Source of the DNA: Phyllobates terribilis
Taxonomy: Eukaryota
NCBI RefSeq assembly: GCF_046119375.1
Contig: NW_027362761.1
Span: 970,610,001-970,674,000, forward strand
Direction of reading: 5' to 3'
DNA: 64,000 nucleotides
Part shown: piece after piece, positions 62,646 through 64,000 of the stretch
Position numbering within the stretch: position 1 is the first letter of the stretch
Layout of the letters: each line of letters begins with the position of its first letter
The notes under the pieces: generated by a model
Seen by the model: the letters and a program-made list of their open reading frames with translations, nothing else
Told to the model about the DNA's origin: nothing
Database searches by the model: none
Translations under genes and position numbers: made by a program

Positions 62646-63116
62646 CTGGTGTTATGTTTTTATCAAGAATTTGCTGAAATTTCGTTGAATCCATTCTTCC
62701 CTCTAGATGTGAAAAGTTCCCCATGCCATTGACTGCAACACAAACCAAAACATGATTCATCCACACTCATGCTTAATGGTTGGCAAGATGTTCTTTTCCT
62801 GAAATGCTGTGCCCTTTTTTTCTCCCCATATACTTTTGATCATTATAGGCAACCAGTTCTATTTTAACCTTATCAGGTCACAAGACTTGTTTCCAAAATG
62901 CATCAGGATTATTTATCTGTTCTTTTGCATACTTCTGTCGCTGAATTTTATGGTGAGGGCGCAAGAGGAGAGGTTTTCTTCTAATGAATCTCACTGAAAT
63001 TTTGCTTGGTCTTCCAGACCTTGTCTTGACCTCCACTGTTCCTATTAACTGCCATTTCTTAATTACAGCTCAAACTGAGGAAAGGGCAACTTGAAAATAT
63101 TTTGCTATCTTCTTAC
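62646..63116 (-). pseudogene. Tc1 transposase relic forming the right flank of hAT-B copy 2
   Basis: GMGNFSHLEGRMDSTKFQQILDKNITP. Confidence 0.8.
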
Positions 63117-64000
63117 TAGTGATGAGCGAATATGTTCGAAATCCGATCTCAAAAGTTAAATTTGGCACGAATGTGGCACATTCGGATTCGTGATTGGTAA
63201 GGCGAGCATTTTGTACTTAAATTCGGGAAAATCGGTAATGTTTGGCGAATAAGTGCGGGAACATGATTGTGGGGCAATTACAGCGTTTTCAACAGTTTGG
63301 CTAGCATAGTGCTTGTGTATGAAGAGCAGGGGGTGTGTTAGATGAGTGGAGGGGCTGGTGAGAGCTCAGAAGAGGTCAGATTTTCCCTGTAACTTTAAGT
63401 GAAGAAAGCACGACTAGCCAACCAGAGCGCAGGAGGCATCCACACTCTCCAGACACAAGGGCTTCTGCCATTGGCTGCTGAAATCACATGTACTCACTTT
63501 ATAAAGAGTTGCCATGTTCCCTTAGTGCCATTTTAGGCATGTCACACTGCTGGTGATAGATGCTGCTGCTGAGTGTACTCCTGTTTAATGAGAGATATTA
63601 GCTAGATAGATGGGCGCTTGTTTGGAAGTCAGATAGTGTAGATAAGTCCTCTGCTGTGTACCTGTGAAATCGACCTTGCAGCACATTTTTTTTTTTGTGC
63701 AATTAATGATATTCAGACCGAAAGAGCAGGGTCCATGGCACAGAACTGTATTGTGCACTGCTTGTATTGTGCTGTATGCATGAGCATCCCTTCAATCTAT
63801 TTTTTCACTTGCTAATGTGATAAAGCAAGCAAGCCCTTGTAGCCCACCTTTTGATTTTGTGGGGTTGAAATTCAGGTGTATGCAGACTCTGCAGAGCTTC
63901 TCAGTGCAGAGCATAAAACTCTTTTTTTTTCATTTGTCAATGTGATAGTGCAAGCTATAGTAGCCCACTTTGTCATTTTTTGGTGGGTGAAATTCAGCTG
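63117..64000. mobile_element. End of a further hAT element running off the window
   Basis: TAGTGATGAGCGAA at 63117 with TTCG/CGAA subterminal motifs, interrupting the Tc1 relic. Confidence 0.65.

Overview
This is eukaryotic, repeat-saturated genomic DNA, most likely anuran amphibian (inferred from the transposon families, TTAA-flanked T2/Kolobok MITEs and a frog/fish-type 18S variable region). No host gene can be supported; the window is nested transposons and tandem repeats. The main structure is a head-to-head pair of ~10.5 and ~11 kb hAT elements of one family (called hAT-B here; 40420-50899 minus and 51570-62645 plus). Each has its own 8-bp target-site duplication (TSD), carries arrays of a 110-bp monomer, and has a captured ~275-bp 18S rDNA fragment near its 3' end; copy 2 also carries a Ngaro/DIRS reverse transcriptase (RT) fragment. 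Copy 1 encodes a 1233-codon BED-DDE transposase broken by one nonsense codon. In copy 2 most of the transposase is replaced by a ~7.1-kb satellite containing a ~3-kb higher-order duplication. The rest includes: a young full-length chromodomain Gypsy (Tf1/sushi-type) element with a self-priming signature (12119-17089); a second decayed hAT family (hAT-A) with repeat-flanked transposase and scrambled transposase mosaics; a 6-kb non-autonomous hAT filled with minisatellites (20968-27043); several Tc1-like elements, one of them DD37E; two solo LTRs with TSDs; L1, CR1 and Penelope-like fragments; and MITEs. All alignments and counts were made by eye, so boundaries without a TSD are approximate.
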